A stretch of 64,000 bases of DNA, from assembly GCA_044376115.1 (NCBI GenBank), contig JBILLK010000001.1, positions 192,001-256,000 on the forward strand, read 5' to 3'. Below, one piece after another: positions 1 through 10,125 of the stretch (positions within the stretch are counted from its first letter, which is position 1; each line of letters starts with the position of its first letter). A model generated the notes under the pieces. The model was not told where the DNA came from. It ran no database searches and was given only the letters and a program-made list of their open reading frames with translations. The translations under genes were made by a program, and so were the position numbers. The stretch comes from Polyangiaceae bacterium. Lineage in GTDB: Bacteria; Myxococcota_A; Polyangia; Polyangiales; Polyangiaceae.

Positions 1-587
1 TTAATCTATTAGAAGCCAAGCAGCTTGGCGTTGACACGTTCGGCCGGATGCCTCTGGCAGCCATTGGAGAGTCGACCCGAAAGGCGCTCGTCGGGCGCGG
101 TGCAAACGTGGCATTCACCCCCTCGGTTGCAACGGGTGAAGGGTTTGCAACCGCTATCGCTGCTCACTTCGCCGCACAACCTTCAGCTCGTCGCAAGGTC
201 TTGCTGCCCCGTGCGCTCGTTGCACGGGAGGCTCTACCGAACACGCTTAGGGAGGCTGGGGTCGAGGTAAGGACCATCGCTCTCTACGAAAATAGCGGCC
301 TTGCCCGTGAGAGTGGAGCCGCGATCGCGGAGCTAGTCCGCACAAAAGCCGTAGACATCGTGCTCTTGACCTCCGGCTCAATTGCGGAGGCGCTCGCCGA
401 CATTGTTCAGCAATACAACATTACCGAGGGCGAACTCAAAGAGCTCCAATTAGCGAGCATTGGACCCATCACGACCGAGGCTGCCCGCTCGAGATCACTG
501 CCAGTTACGGTGACCGCCGAAGAGAGCTCAATCAGTGGACTGGTTCACTACCTCGAAAAGTTCAATAGCGAACTCGAACGAGCGTAA
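1..587 (+). CDS. hemD: Uroporphyrinogen-III synthase (HemD domain), 5'-truncated by the window edge
   Basis: The frame is open from the window start. HemD-type motifs: AAIGESTRKAL, VLLPRALVAREALP..L, LLTSGS, LASIGPITTEA. Confidence 0.8.
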   Translation, partial: NLLEAKQLGVDTFGRMPLAAIGESTRKALVGRGANVAFTPSVATGEGFATAIAAHFAAQPSARRKVLLPRALVAREALPNTLREAGVEVRTIALYENSGLARESGAAIAELVRTKAVDIVLLTSGSIAEALADIVQQYNITEGELKELQLASIGPITTEAARSRSLPVTVTAEESSISGLVHYLEKFNSELERA

Positions 588-3096
588 ACTTATTGTTCTC
601 TGAAGCATTTGTAAGCGGCTCTACCTGCTTTGCTCCGCGCAACTCTGAGTTGAGCCCGCCGATACGGGAACTTGGCAATAGCACGTAGAAGGTCCTATCG
701 CCTTTCTTGCGTCGTTCACCGAGGTAGTCACGAAACGACTTTCCACTGTCGACGAAGATCGCGAGCTTACCGCCGGTGTAGAAGTTCTCGCCCTTCCAAT
801 TCATTTGATAGGCGATCAGCAAGCCTGGGTTGGCCTTCTGTTCACGCCAATAGTGGAGCACCAAGCCGCGCTGCCCCCAGTGAGGAGCACTCTCCGGAAG
901 ATAAATCCAGAGACAGAAGGCAGTGAACATCGTGGCCAAGAGGCCAACGACAGAAACGGCTCGAGCCCGCGCAGAGACAACCCCCAAAGTGGCGAGCGCC
1001 AGCCCGACTCCAAGGGAGCCTATGGCAACTGGGTAACGTAGCTCTTGTGGCCACGCGCGAGCATAATCATAGGTAAAAAGCTGCAATAGGCGTGCATAAG
1101 TGGGGCCAGTTTCGGATTGGAGCAAGTCTTTGGTTGCTGCCAATAGAAGTGCTGCCCCCAGACCCACCCAAAGCCAATCTGCGGTCTTGCGCGCCGCCCC
1201 CTGTGCTCGTAGCCAACGCGCAACCCCTATCCCGATGAGCGCCGCGATAGGGGGCAATACCGGAAGAATGTAGTGATGGAACTTCGTCTGCATGAACGAG
1301 AAGAGCGCGAAGGCCGCCATCCCCCATAGGACGAACATCTGCTCGACGACTACTCGACAGTTCGTCCCATTGGACAGGCGAAGATTCGCCAGGATACGCG
1401 GCAAGACGCCCAACCAAGGCAGACATCCGTATCCCAACTGCCAAAGGTAATAGCGGAAGCTGACATCGTCTTGACGATTGGTGTCGTGCACATGGCCGAA
1501 CGCCCGCTCGAACATGTCATGAAACAAGAGCCGATTCGTAAACACCGAGCCATGTCGCACGAACATCGCAACAAACCAGGGCAATACTACAAGCCCAAAA
1601 ACTACGGCCCCGGAGGGCAACTTCATGGTTAGGAGGAGGTTCCAGCGTTTGCTCAAGACGACAGCACCTCCCAGCGCAACAAAGGGGAAGACAACTCCAG
1701 CCGGCCCCTTCGCCAGCGTTGAGACGGCTGCGCACACAATGGCGGCCAGAAAGTAAAGAGATTGCCGCCGCGTCTCTCGCCACTCGAGGAATAGGAACAG
1801 AACAAGCCCTTGAAGCCAAAGTGCTGCCTGCAAGATGGGAGCGGCTTTTTCGTGAGTCGGGGAAACCTCCTGACAGGCGGCGATCCCCGGCCAAACGCCG
1901 CAGTTTCCCGGTGACCCGGAGCTGAACAGGTCTTGTGCGAACTTGATCGGTGGAATCCGCAAGCTGCCTGTTGGGGTTAGGTTGACGACGATATTCCTAC
2001 TAATGAGGTAAAGAATCTGGGGGAGGACCAATAACAGCACGGTAGCGATCAAGAGTTGGCGCCCCGAGAAACCAAGCTGCCAACGCCCTAACGCTACTCT
2101 GACGACCTTGATGGGTGCATTGACCGATTCAGCTGTAGCAAGAGCAATGAAGGCAATCGCCGCCGTCATCGCGGCGACAAACGGCATATCCGTCATGGTT
2201 TGATGCGAAATGAACGCCCACTGCGGCATCGTCGTCAGGGCCAGACCAGCCCACAAACCTGCTTTGCGTCCGAAGACCTTCGCTACAGCGGCGTAGAGCA
2301 GATAGGTAGCTAGCAGCGCGAACAGGAAGATGGGAAAGCGAACGGCCCATTCAGGCGCGGGCGAGAGGCCGGGGGCACCGTTGAGCATGCCCCCTGATTG
2401 GTGGTCCACACCCAGTAGCGACATGGCCCCTGCCTGTAGCCAGAACACGAGAACTGGCTTGGAGAAGAACCACCCTTCATTCGCCCACCAAAGCGAGATC
2501 CAGTCGCGGCGGCTTAGGATCTCGCGGGAGACCTCGCCATAGTGCGTCTCCCAGGGATCGGTCAGGGAATGAGTTCCTAGGGTTGGAAGCAATAGCAAGG
2601 TTGCAATGACGAGTAGCCAATAGCCCTCACGCCGAAAGAACCTTCGCTGGAGCCTCGCCGCTCCGTCCTGCCGCTCGGTATGGGCTCGTACAGCATCCCC
2701 AAGCGAGCCCACGCTGGAGAGCAGGCCGACGAACGATAAGGGCACCAAGAAGCTGCTGCTTGCAGCTAGGGTTCCGCGAACTGCCAGCCGTAGGGATAGA
2801 TAGGTAGCGGCGACGCTCAGCAGCAGCAGCAGCCCCGGTCGCAATAGCGCTTGGCCTGGTACGACCGGGAGGTCGCTGCGGTCCTCAAACGTTCGCAGGG
2901 CGTGGAGCACGCCGACGATCGCGACCAACAGCCCGACTAGGAGCAGCACCCAGGTGGCCGCGGCACCAAACGCACCGGCCATCCCAAGCCAGGCCAGGCC
3001 TGCACCGCCGATGGCTGCAAGCAGAGGGCGGCGCCGGAGCGGTAGCCGAGCAGGATCGGCGACATTGGCTGACTCGGCGCCGCGTTCTTGCGTCAC
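562..3096 (-). CDS. ArnT/PMT-like (GT-C, family 39/83) polytopic membrane glycosyltransferase
   Basis: DPWETHYGEVSREI, FFSKPVL, WAVRFP, TDMPF, LAKGP and TKFHHYILP motifs; many TM segments. The start overlaps the valS stop. Confidence 0.85.
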   Translation of the reverse strand: MTQERGAESANVADPARLPLRRRPLLAAIGGAGLAWLGMAGAFGAAATWVLLLVGLLVAIVGVLHALRTFEDRSDLPVVPGQALLRPGLLLLLSVAATYLSLRLAVRGTLAASSSFLVPLSFVGLLSSVGSLGDAVRAHTERQDGAARLQRRFFRREGYWLLVIATLLLLPTLGTHSLTDPWETHYGEVSREILSRRDWISLWWANEGWFFSKPVLVFWLQAGAMSLLGVDHQSGGMLNGAPGLSPAPEWAVRFPIFLFALLATYLLYAAVAKVFGRKAGLWAGLALTTMPQWAFISHQTMTDMPFVAAMTAAIAFIALATAESVNAPIKVVRVALGRWQLGFSGRQLLIATVLLLVLPQILYLISRNIVVNLTPTGSLRIPPIKFAQDLFSSGSPGNCGVWPGIAACQEVSPTHEKAAPILQAALWLQGLVLFLFLEWRETRRQSLYFLAAIVCAAVSTLAKGPAGVVFPFVALGGAVVLSKRWNLLLTMKLPSGAVVFGLVVLPWFVAMFVRHGSVFTNRLLFHDMFERAFGHVHDTNRQDDVSFRYYLWQLGYGCLPWLGVLPRILANLRLSNGTNCRVVVEQMFVLWGMAAFALFSFMQTKFHHYILPVLPPIAALIGIGVARWLRAQGAARKTADWLWVGLGAALLLAATKDLLQSETGPTYARLLQLFTYDYARAWPQELRYPVAIGSLGVGLALATLGVVSARARAVSVVGLLATMFTAFCLWIYLPESAPHWGQRGLVLHYWREQKANPGLLIAYQMNWKGENFYTGGKLAIFVDSGKSFRDYLGERRKKGDRTFYVLLPSSRIGGLNSELRGAKQVEPLTNASENNKFTLVRVRY

Positions 3097-5948
3097 TCGA
3101 CTTTGGTGAGTTCAGAGGCGAGCGACTTGGCTTCTTCCAGCGCGACTCGGCGACGCTGCAACTCTGCCAGCAGCTCGGTCGACTCGATCACCACCTCGCG
3201 CGGAGCTTTATCGGCGAACGAGGGCAACGCGAGCTTCTTTTGCAGCGCCGCAATGTCCTTCTCGGTGCGTGCGATCTCGCGCTCCACACGGGCGCGTTCC
3301 TTGTCCGGATCCACCAGGCCAACGAGCGAAACGTACACGTCGACCTCGTTCGCCGACGACATCACGCAGCCCGAAGGGCGGCTCTCGTTACGGGTGCTAA
3401 TCCGTGCAGGACCTTTCGTCTTGGCGAGCGTCTTCACCGAGACGGCCTCACGCTCGAGCAGCGCCCGCACCGACTCATTGTCGCTGGTCAAGAGGACGGA
3501 CACCTCGCTCGCTGGGTGCACTTCATGCTCACTGCGAACGGTGCGTACCGTGGTGATCACCGACTGCATGGTGCTCATTTCGCTCTCAGCCGTTGGATCG
3601 AGAGCGATGGCCTCGGCCTTGGGGAAGGCCGCGACGACGAGACAGGAGGCTGCCCCCGCCGGCCGCGGGACCTTGGTCCAAAGCTCCTCGGTGATGAAGG
3701 GAATGAACGGATGCAAAAGCCGAAGGCTGCCTTCGAGCACCCAAGCAAAGACCTGCCGGGTTTCTTGCAGCTCTTCTTTGCCTGCAGCGAACACGGGCTT
3801 GCAGAGCTCGAGGTACCAATCGCAGAACTCGTTCCAGAAGAAGCGATACGCCGCGCTCGTTGAGTCATCGAGACGGAACTCGTCAATGCCTGTCTTCACG
3901 GCTTCAATGGCGGAGCGGAACCGTCCGAGGATCCAGCGGTTGGCTAGTAGGGTGGCGGGAGGCGGAGCGTCAGTGATGGTGACACCCTCGAGGTAGGGAA
4001 GCGCAAAGCGTGTCGCGTTCCACAGCTTGTTGCAGAAGTGACGATAGCCCTCGATCTTTTTGGGGCTGAGCGGAATGCGCTTGGCCTGCGGCGAGTAGCT
4101 GGCGAGGGTGAAGCGAAGAGCATCCGTGCCGTAGGCAGGAAAGCCTTTGCCCATCTGCGCGGCCGACGGATAGGCCTTCTTGAACTTCTTCAGCGCCTCG
4201 TCGAGCGCAGCGCCGGGGGCGGCCTTCTGCACCACTTCTTCAAACGAGCTGCCGTAAACGAGATCGAGCGGGTCGATCACGTTGCCCTTCACTTTGCTCA
4301 TCTTGTCGCCGGTTTCATCGACGACCATGCCGTGGAGCAGCACCCGCTTGAACGGGGCTTTGCCCATGAAGTGGATGCCCATCATCATCATGCGGGCGAC
4401 CCAGAAGAACAGGATGTCGTAGCCAGTCTCGAGGTCGGAGGCTGGGTAGAATTTCTCGAGCAGATTGGTCTTGTTGGGCCAGCCGAGCGTTGAAAAGGGC
4501 CACAGAGCCGATGAGAACCAGGTGTCGAGCACGTCCTCGTCTTGTTTGATCGCGGTCGAGCCGCAGGAGCCACACTTGTCCACGGTCTCTTCGCGAGTCA
4601 CCGTCACTTGACCGCAGGAACTGCAGTGCCACGCGGGGATGCGATGCCCCCACCAAAGCTGGCGCGAGATGCACCAATCGAGGATGTTGGTCATCCAGTG
4701 GGTGTACGTCTTCGTCCACTCCTCAGGGATGATCACCGTCTCGCCAGAGCGGACGGCCTCGAGCGCCGGCTCTGCGAGAGGCTTCATGCGCACGAACCAC
4801 TGCGTGCTGATCATTGGCTCGACCACGGAGCCGTTGCGCTGACTGCGCGGGAGGATCAACTCATGCTGCTTTGAACCGCGCGTGAGGCCTTTTTCTTCGA
4901 GCGCTTTCTTGACGGCTTTGCGCGCTACGAAGCGCTCGAGACCAGCGAATTGGCCAGCCGCATCATTCATCTTGCCGTCGAGCGTGAGGATGTTGATCTC
5001 CTCGAGCTTGTGGCGTTTGCCGGTGGCAAAGTCGTTGAAGTCGTGCGCTGGAGTGACCTTCACCGCGCCCGTTCCAAAGTTCATGTCGACGAGCTCGGCG
5101 TCGCACACGATGGGGATCTTGCGGTCCACGAACGGGTGTTCGACGAACTTGCCGTGCAGATGCTTGTAACGAGGATCATCAGGGTGAACGGCCACCGCGG
5201 TATCGCCGATCATCGTCTCCGGTCGGGTGGTGGCGACCACGATTTCCCCGCCGCCGTCGGCCTCCGACACCGGATAGGCGAACATGAACAGCTCACCTTG
5301 AGACGGCTCGTTGTCCACCTCGAGGTTGGAGAGCACCGTCATCGCCTCGCAGTCCCAATGCACGAGGCGCGTGTCTCGATAGATGAGGCCCTCTTCGTAG
5401 AGCTTGCAGAAGGCTTCCTTCACGCCCACCGACAGCTCGGGGTCCATCGTGAACTTGGAGCGATCCCAATCGGCGCTCACGCCGAGCACCCGCTGTTGCT
5501 CAGCGATGCGACCACCGCTCTCTGCCTTCCACGTCCAAACGCGCTCGATGAAGGGCTCACGCCCGAGGTCATGCCTGGAGAGTCCCTCTCGCTTGAGCTG
5601 CCGCTCCACGACGGTTTGGGTGGCAATGCCCGCGTGGTCGATACCAGGCTGCCAAAGCGTGCAGAACCCCGCCATGCGGTGGTAGCGCGTGAGAATGTCC
5701 TCCAGCGTGCAGGTGAGCGCGTGACCCATATGCAACGAGCCAGTCACGTTGGGCGGAGGCATCGGCAGGACGTAGCGAGGGCGCGCGTCCGGCAACTCGT
5801 CAGAGGCCGCAAAAACGCCCGACTCGACCCAGCGTTTGGACCAAGCCGCCTCGACTTCACGCGGCTCGTACGCTTTGGAGAAGGGCTCTCCGTCGCTTTT
5901 GGTGGAGGCTTCGGAGGGTTGCGAAGTTTGCGGTTCTGAGTTGCTCAT
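3093..5948 (-). CDS. valS: Valine--tRNA ligase
   Basis: PPPNVTGSLHMGH (HIGH), KMSK, WCISRQLWWGH, and a C-terminal coiled coil. Confidence 0.98.
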   Translation of the reverse strand: MSNSEPQTSQPSEASTKSDGEPFSKAYEPREVEAAWSKRWVESGVFAASDELPDARPRYVLPMPPPNVTGSLHMGHALTCTLEDILTRYHRMAGFCTLWQPGIDHAGIATQTVVERQLKREGLSRHDLGREPFIERVWTWKAESGGRIAEQQRVLGVSADWDRSKFTMDPELSVGVKEAFCKLYEEGLIYRDTRLVHWDCEAMTVLSNLEVDNEPSQGELFMFAYPVSEADGGGEIVVATTRPETMIGDTAVAVHPDDPRYKHLHGKFVEHPFVDRKIPIVCDAELVDMNFGTGAVKVTPAHDFNDFATGKRHKLEEINILTLDGKMNDAAGQFAGLERFVARKAVKKALEEKGLTRGSKQHELILPRSQRNGSVVEPMISTQWFVRMKPLAEPALEAVRSGETVIIPEEWTKTYTHWMTNILDWCISRQLWWGHRIPAWHCSSCGQVTVTREETVDKCGSCGSTAIKQDEDVLDTWFSSALWPFSTLGWPNKTNLLEKFYPASDLETGYDILFFWVARMMMMGIHFMGKAPFKRVLLHGMVVDETGDKMSKVKGNVIDPLDLVYGSSFEEVVQKAAPGAALDEALKKFKKAYPSAAQMGKGFPAYGTDALRFTLASYSPQAKRIPLSPKKIEGYRHFCNKLWNATRFALPYLEGVTITDAPPPATLLANRWILGRFRSAIEAVKTGIDEFRLDDSTSAAYRFFWNEFCDWYLELCKPVFAAGKEELQETRQVFAWVLEGSLRLLHPFIPFITEELWTKVPRPAGAASCLVVAAFPKAEAIALDPTAESEMSTMQSVITTVRTVRSEHEVHPASEVSVLLTSDNESVRALLEREAVSVKTLAKTKGPARISTRNESRPSGCVMSSANEVDVYVSLVGLVDPDKERARVEREIARTEKDIAALQKKLALPSFADKAPREVVIESTELLAELQRRRVALEEAKSLASELTKVE

Positions 5949-6068
5949 AGGGGAAGGGACGACCCTCTCGCCGAAATCCGACGTTCGAGTGGAGCTTCGT
6001 CCTTAGTCGCAAAGACCGCCTGCTGAAAGGGCATGCGCGAACACTGCGTCCACTCCCGAAAATGCAAC

Positions 6069-6099
6069 AAGCCCCGCGAACACGAGTTTCACGGGGCTT
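6069..6099 (-). terminator. Hairpin downstream of romR, probable terminator
   Basis: Inverted repeat AAGCCCCGCGAA...TTCACGGGGCTT, followed on the minus strand by GTTGCATTTT. Confidence 0.5.
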
Positions 6100-6162
6100 A
6101 GTCGCCTGGGCTGGACGCGGTCGAACCAGCCCAAGCAATGCTTGTTGCTGCCTTCGGCGGAG

Positions 6163-6978
6163 CTACTTGGTCAAGCGAGCGATCTCTTCTTTGATCAGCG
6201 TCTCTGCGAGGACCGGTACGACCTCCCAAACGATGCGCTCGATCACTTCACGCGAGAGGGCCAACACGGCATCAGCCTGGGCCGGGCTCAAGCCCATCTC
6301 GCCGACCTTCGAGGCCAACTGACTGCTGGCAGCGGCAGTGGCAGCCGAGACGGCAACGGCGGCGGGGCGAGCAGCAGCGGGAACCGCCTGGGGCTGGGCC
6401 ACCGGCGCCGTGATTGCGCGTGCGGCTGCAGGCGAGGGAGCGGGTGAGGGCTTTGGCCCGCCGAGACCGCCGGCACCAAAGCCGGCTGTCTTCGTCGGGC
6501 TGGGTGCAGCAGCGGCCTGAGGAGCACCACCGTACGCGTACGTTCGTGATTTGGCCGGGGCAGGAGCTGCAGCGGGAGCCGGAGCGGGCGCTGGAGCCGC
6601 GGCCGGAGCCGTGCCAACGCTTGCACCACCGAGCAGTTTGGACACGCGGTCCAAGAGCTGCTGCGTATCGAAGGGCTTGTCCATGTGGTCATCCACACGG
6701 CCGCCGCGACCAGCATCAAATGGGTTCTGCCGGGAGGATAGGAAAAGCACCGGGACGTTCGGCGCGGTGGCCTTCAGCTGACCCGCCACCTCGTAGCCGT
6801 CCGTCGGCTCGAGCGAGTTGTCACAAATGACCAGGCTGACTCCACCACCGCGAAGCTTGGCGACGGCGTCGTCTCCAGTAGCCGCAGTCACCAGTTGGAA
6901 ATCAGTTCCTGCGAAGGTGATTTCCAAGATCTTGCGCATGGTTGCGCTGTCGTCGACTGCGAGGATCGTGCTTCCCAC
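6163..6978 (-). CDS. romR: RomR-like polarity response regulator (receiver, Pro/Ala-rich linker, conserved C-terminal helix)
   Basis: Receiver domain (LAVDDS...ICD...KPF) and C-terminal SREVIERIVWEVVPVLAETLIKEEIARL, typical of RomR; adjacent to valS. Start set at GTG 6978, preceded by GGAG. Confidence 0.85.
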   Translation of the reverse strand: MGSTILAVDDSATMRKILEITFAGTDFQLVTAATGDDAVAKLRGGGVSLVICDNSLEPTDGYEVAGQLKATAPNVPVLFLSSRQNPFDAGRGGRVDDHMDKPFDTQQLLDRVSKLLGGASVGTAPAAAPAPAPAPAAAPAPAKSRTYAYGGAPQAAAAPSPTKTAGFGAGGLGGPKPSPAPSPAAARAITAPVAQPQAVPAAARPAAVAVSAATAAASSQLASKVGEMGLSPAQADAVLALSREVIERIVWEVVPVLAETLIKEEIARLTK

Positions 6979-7119
6979 TTGGCGGGCTCCTTGATTGGTT
7001 TGGCCCCTCCGCCCGGACGGCGGAGTGCGATAGTCGCGAATCATCCGGGACGGGGTCTGCCATGTCAACTAACCGAGCAATCGACCCGCAGAACGCCGGC
7101 CGTGCTACCACCTCCACGC

Positions 7120-8166
7120 ATGGTCAGGTACGAACAAAAAGGTCCTGGAACTTCGTCGGCCGGCCCTTCCGCGTCCCAAGAAACTGCAAAGCGCCAAGTT
7201 TCGGGGGACCGCCTGATTCAGGTTGTGCCCAAGGGCGAGCGCCTTCCCCTCGACCGAGCGACCCGACTGCTGTTCGAATTGAGTTGGGACAAAGCCCGAA
7301 ACGCGGTTCAGAAGGGAAAAGTGAAGGTCAACGGCGTGGTGACGCTGTCGGCGACGGTCTTCGTCAACCCCGGCAGCGAACTCGAATACACGCCCCACGC
7401 GCCCCGACCTCACGTAGCGGACCGCATGCAGCTGCAGGAGCATGCGATTTTGCTCTGCGACCATGCGGTGCTGGTGGTCAACAAGCCCGCCGGTGTGATC
7501 ACCGTTCCGTTCGGCGACGAAGATCCGAATGAAGCGAAGAAGACGCTCGATTCGATGTTGCGTGAAGTGCTGGCCAAACAGCAGAAGAGCCGCGGTGGGC
7601 CGGCCGGAAGAGCACCGCTCGGGGTCGTGCACAGGCTCGATAAGGAGACCAGCGGCGTAATGGTCTTCACGCGCTCCCTCGATGCGAAGAAGCACCTGAC
7701 GCAACAGTTTCGCGAGCACTCGGTCGAGCGCCGCTACTTGGCCATCGTGCACGGCGTGATGACACGTCCGCTCGACATCAAGAGCTACCTGCTCGAAGAC
7801 CGCGGAGACGGGTTGCGAGGCTCAGCGCGCGGACGCATCAAGGCCGGTCAGCTCGCGATCACGCACGTGACTCCGAAGCAGGCTCTGCGTGGTGCGACGC
7901 TCGTCGAGTGCCAGCTTGAAACCGGTCGAACGCATCAGATTCGCATCCACCTCTCCGAAGCTGGCCACCCGATCGTCGGCGAACGAGTCTACATCCGGGA
8001 CTATCGCGGCACCCATCTCGAGGCACCGCGCATCATGCTGCACGCCGCGACGTTGGGCTTCGTCCATCCGATATCGGGCGAGGTCGTGCAGTTCCACGTC
8101 GACCCGCCCGAAGACATGGCGGCCCGCATCACCCAGCTCGCCGGAGCTCAGTCTTCGACGAGCTGA
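7120..8166 (+). CDS. RluA/RluD-family pseudouridine synthase with S4-like N-terminus
   Basis: VVNKPAG, VHRLDKETSG (catalytic Asp), LETGRTHQIRIH, LHAATLGF. Start at ATG 7120 is inferred. Confidence 0.92.
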   Translation: MVRYEQKGPGTSSAGPSASQETAKRQVSGDRLIQVVPKGERLPLDRATRLLFELSWDKARNAVQKGKVKVNGVVTLSATVFVNPGSELEYTPHAPRPHVADRMQLQEHAILLCDHAVLVVNKPAGVITVPFGDEDPNEAKKTLDSMLREVLAKQQKSRGGPAGRAPLGVVHRLDKETSGVMVFTRSLDAKKHLTQQFREHSVERRYLAIVHGVMTRPLDIKSYLLEDRGDGLRGSARGRIKAGQLAITHVTPKQALRGATLVECQLETGRTHQIRIHLSEAGHPIVGERVYIRDYRGTHLEAPRIMLHAATLGFVHPISGEVVQFHVDPPEDMAARITQLAGAQSSTS

Positions 8167-9224
8167 GCGAGGTAGGTCATGCGCACCGATGGGTCATAGA
8201 GTGGCCCCGGAAGTGCGAACCCAGGCGCCGCTTGACCAACCCCCGCGCTGTTGTCCACCACGACGTAGTAAAGGCCAGGGTTCAACGCAAAGCGCCGGAC
8301 GAACGGTCCGGGTTGGACCACGCTGCTGGAGATGAACGTTCCGGGCGGTGGCCCTGGTGCCCGCCCTGCCTGGTAGCCTTCCCGCCAAATATCCCCGGTC
8401 ATTTTGGGAACGACCAAGAAGTCCACCGCGTTGGCGCCGCTGAGCGTTCCGCGGAGTTGAATAACCTGATCATCGTCGGCGACCTCGAAGGGTCCGAGGA
8501 AGTCCATCTGCTGGTTGTAGATATCTGCGACGTCATTCTGGAACGTGTAGGCCTCGTCCTCTTCATCCACCTCGACCGGGCGAAATGGGAAGCGACCAGC
8601 GGGTAAGTAGCCGAGCGCAAACTCTTTCCCTTCATCCGTCTCAACCACGGTGAATCCACGGCTGATGAAGCGGCTGACCACTTGACCACCGAAGATGTTG
8701 GCGGCCGACCCGGCGGGAGTAAGGCCGGTCGCGAGATCGACGATCGGGTTCTGGCTGTTGGTCATTCGGAAGTCAGGACCTGCCGCGATTCGCGCCATTT
8801 TGCCCCAAACCCACGCACCGTCATCGTGCATGTAGAAGTCGAACGCGTACTCCACCGTGGCGGTCATCGTGAAGCTCGAGAGCTTTGACGTGGGCAAATA
8901 CGCGTAGCCGCTGCCACCAATGTTTACGACCACCGTGCGATTGGTCTCGTTGATCGAGAAGGTGCACGAGCTCGGGAAATAGCGACCGATCGTCGGTGAG
9001 GCGTCCTGCATTTTTAGCGGCACGCTCGTCTTCAGCATCTCGGGACAGATGCGGTCGGCGCCGTACGTCTTGAACGCCCACCAACGCAGGTTGGGGTCGC
9101 GGTTCAAGATCGAAGCACAGCTAGTCTGCGAAAGCGGGGTCAGCGTGCTGATGGCCAAGATGAGGGCGGACCGAAGGCCACGCGCAGAAAAGCTTGGGGT
9201 CGCACTCTTTTCAAGTTGGTTCAT
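8148..9224 (-). CDS. Hypothetical exported protein, probable lipoprotein
   Basis: Hydrophobic N-terminus ending in SC; globular composition. ATG at 9224 overlaps the upstream stop (TGATG). Confidence 0.65.
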   Translation of the reverse strand: MNQLEKSATPSFSARGLRSALILAISTLTPLSQTSCASILNRDPNLRWWAFKTYGADRICPEMLKTSVPLKMQDASPTIGRYFPSSCTFSINETNRTVVVNIGGSGYAYLPTSKLSSFTMTATVEYAFDFYMHDDGAWVWGKMARIAAGPDFRMTNSQNPIVDLATGLTPAGSAANIFGGQVVSRFISRGFTVVETDEGKEFALGYLPAGRFPFRPVEVDEEDEAYTFQNDVADIYNQQMDFLGPFEVADDDQVIQLRGTLSGANAVDFLVVPKMTGDIWREGYQAGRAPGPPPGTFISSSVVQPGPFVRRFALNPGLYYVVVDNSAGVGQAAPGFALPGPLYDPSVRMTYLAQLVED

Positions 9225-10030
9225 CAAAGCACAATCCGCCATTTGACTCGCGGCCTGATCTCCAGGTGGAAGTGGTTCTTGTGATCCGCGTCGTAGTTGG
9301 GCGACAGCATACTCGTGAAAATGCGTGCGTCTCTCGCCTCGCAAAAGATCTGCCGAAGCTCGCGCTGCTCCCCTTTGAGATCCTCGGTCACCGGACAGGG
9401 AGCCACGCTCTTCTGCGGGCGCCAGTCACGCTCGACCACAAGGTCACCTATCACAGCGCGATCGTCGCTCTTTTTCACGAATCTGCGGATATCCAACGCG
9501 AGCCCGCCGGGGTGCCTTGCGGCCTCCTTGGCGGCTGGCCACCCCTTCGCTGGCGGCCGCCACGCTGAGAAAATGTGCACCTCGGCGATTTCGTGCTTTG
9601 CCAAAATCACGGCCAGGTCGTCTACGGCCAGCGCTAGCCGACAGTCCATCACCTCGTACGGCGTGGTCTTGCGCTCCTCCGCCGGCAGCTCGGTGCGAAA
9701 CGCCACGCCTCGCACCGGGCCCTTCAAACGAACCGGGATCAGCACGCCGGGCTTATTCTCGAGCGCGGTAAACTCGACCTTGCGCGCCCGGAGCTCGGTC
9801 AGGCAGCCCTCAGCGGTCATCGCGCCGTACTTGGCGCTCGGGGCCGAAGCCCAATCCTTCTCGACCACGGTGCGCGGCTGAGCCCGCCGCTTCGCCGGCT
9901 TGGCCCACGATGGGGACGCGAAGCACGAAAGGATTAGGAACAGGGCCAGCCCAACCCGGCCGGACGTCACCGGGAACGAGCCCTTGCGGACCTCGCGGTG
10001 GCCAACCTGAGCGGAAGAAGGGGAGCCCAT
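9224..10030 (-). CDS. Extensin-like C-terminal domain protein (M15/Hedgehog-like zinc peptidase fold), exported
   Basis: Signal peptide; MDCRLALA, HPGGLALD (HxxxxxxD) and NYDADHKNHFHLE (HxH). Confidence 0.75.
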   Translation of the reverse strand: MGSPSSAQVGHREVRKGSFPVTSGRVGLALFLILSCFASPSWAKPAKRRAQPRTVVEKDWASAPSAKYGAMTAEGCLTELRARKVEFTALENKPGVLIPVRLKGPVRGVAFRTELPAEERKTTPYEVMDCRLALAVDDLAVILAKHEIAEVHIFSAWRPPAKGWPAAKEAARHPGGLALDIRRFVKKSDDRAVIGDLVVERDWRPQKSVAPCPVTEDLKGEQRELRQIFCEARDARIFTSMLSPNYDADHKNHFHLEIRPRVKWRIVL

Positions 10031-10125
10031 GCTACTTGGACGAATGCTAGATCGGATGATTCGCCCTTAATAACGACGGGATTGTGCGCGAAGCGAGAAC
10101 CAGCGCTAAACTGGGCAAAGTTCTT

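Noticed and set aside
1..3096. Possible horizontally acquired segment (looks less GC-rich by eye)
   Set aside because: Composition was not quantified, there are no mobility genes or att repeats, and the GT gene is coupled to valS.
5949..6162. T-box riboswitch upstream of valS
   Set aside because: No T-box consensus (GGTGGNACC) or specifier-stem features seen; only generic hairpins.
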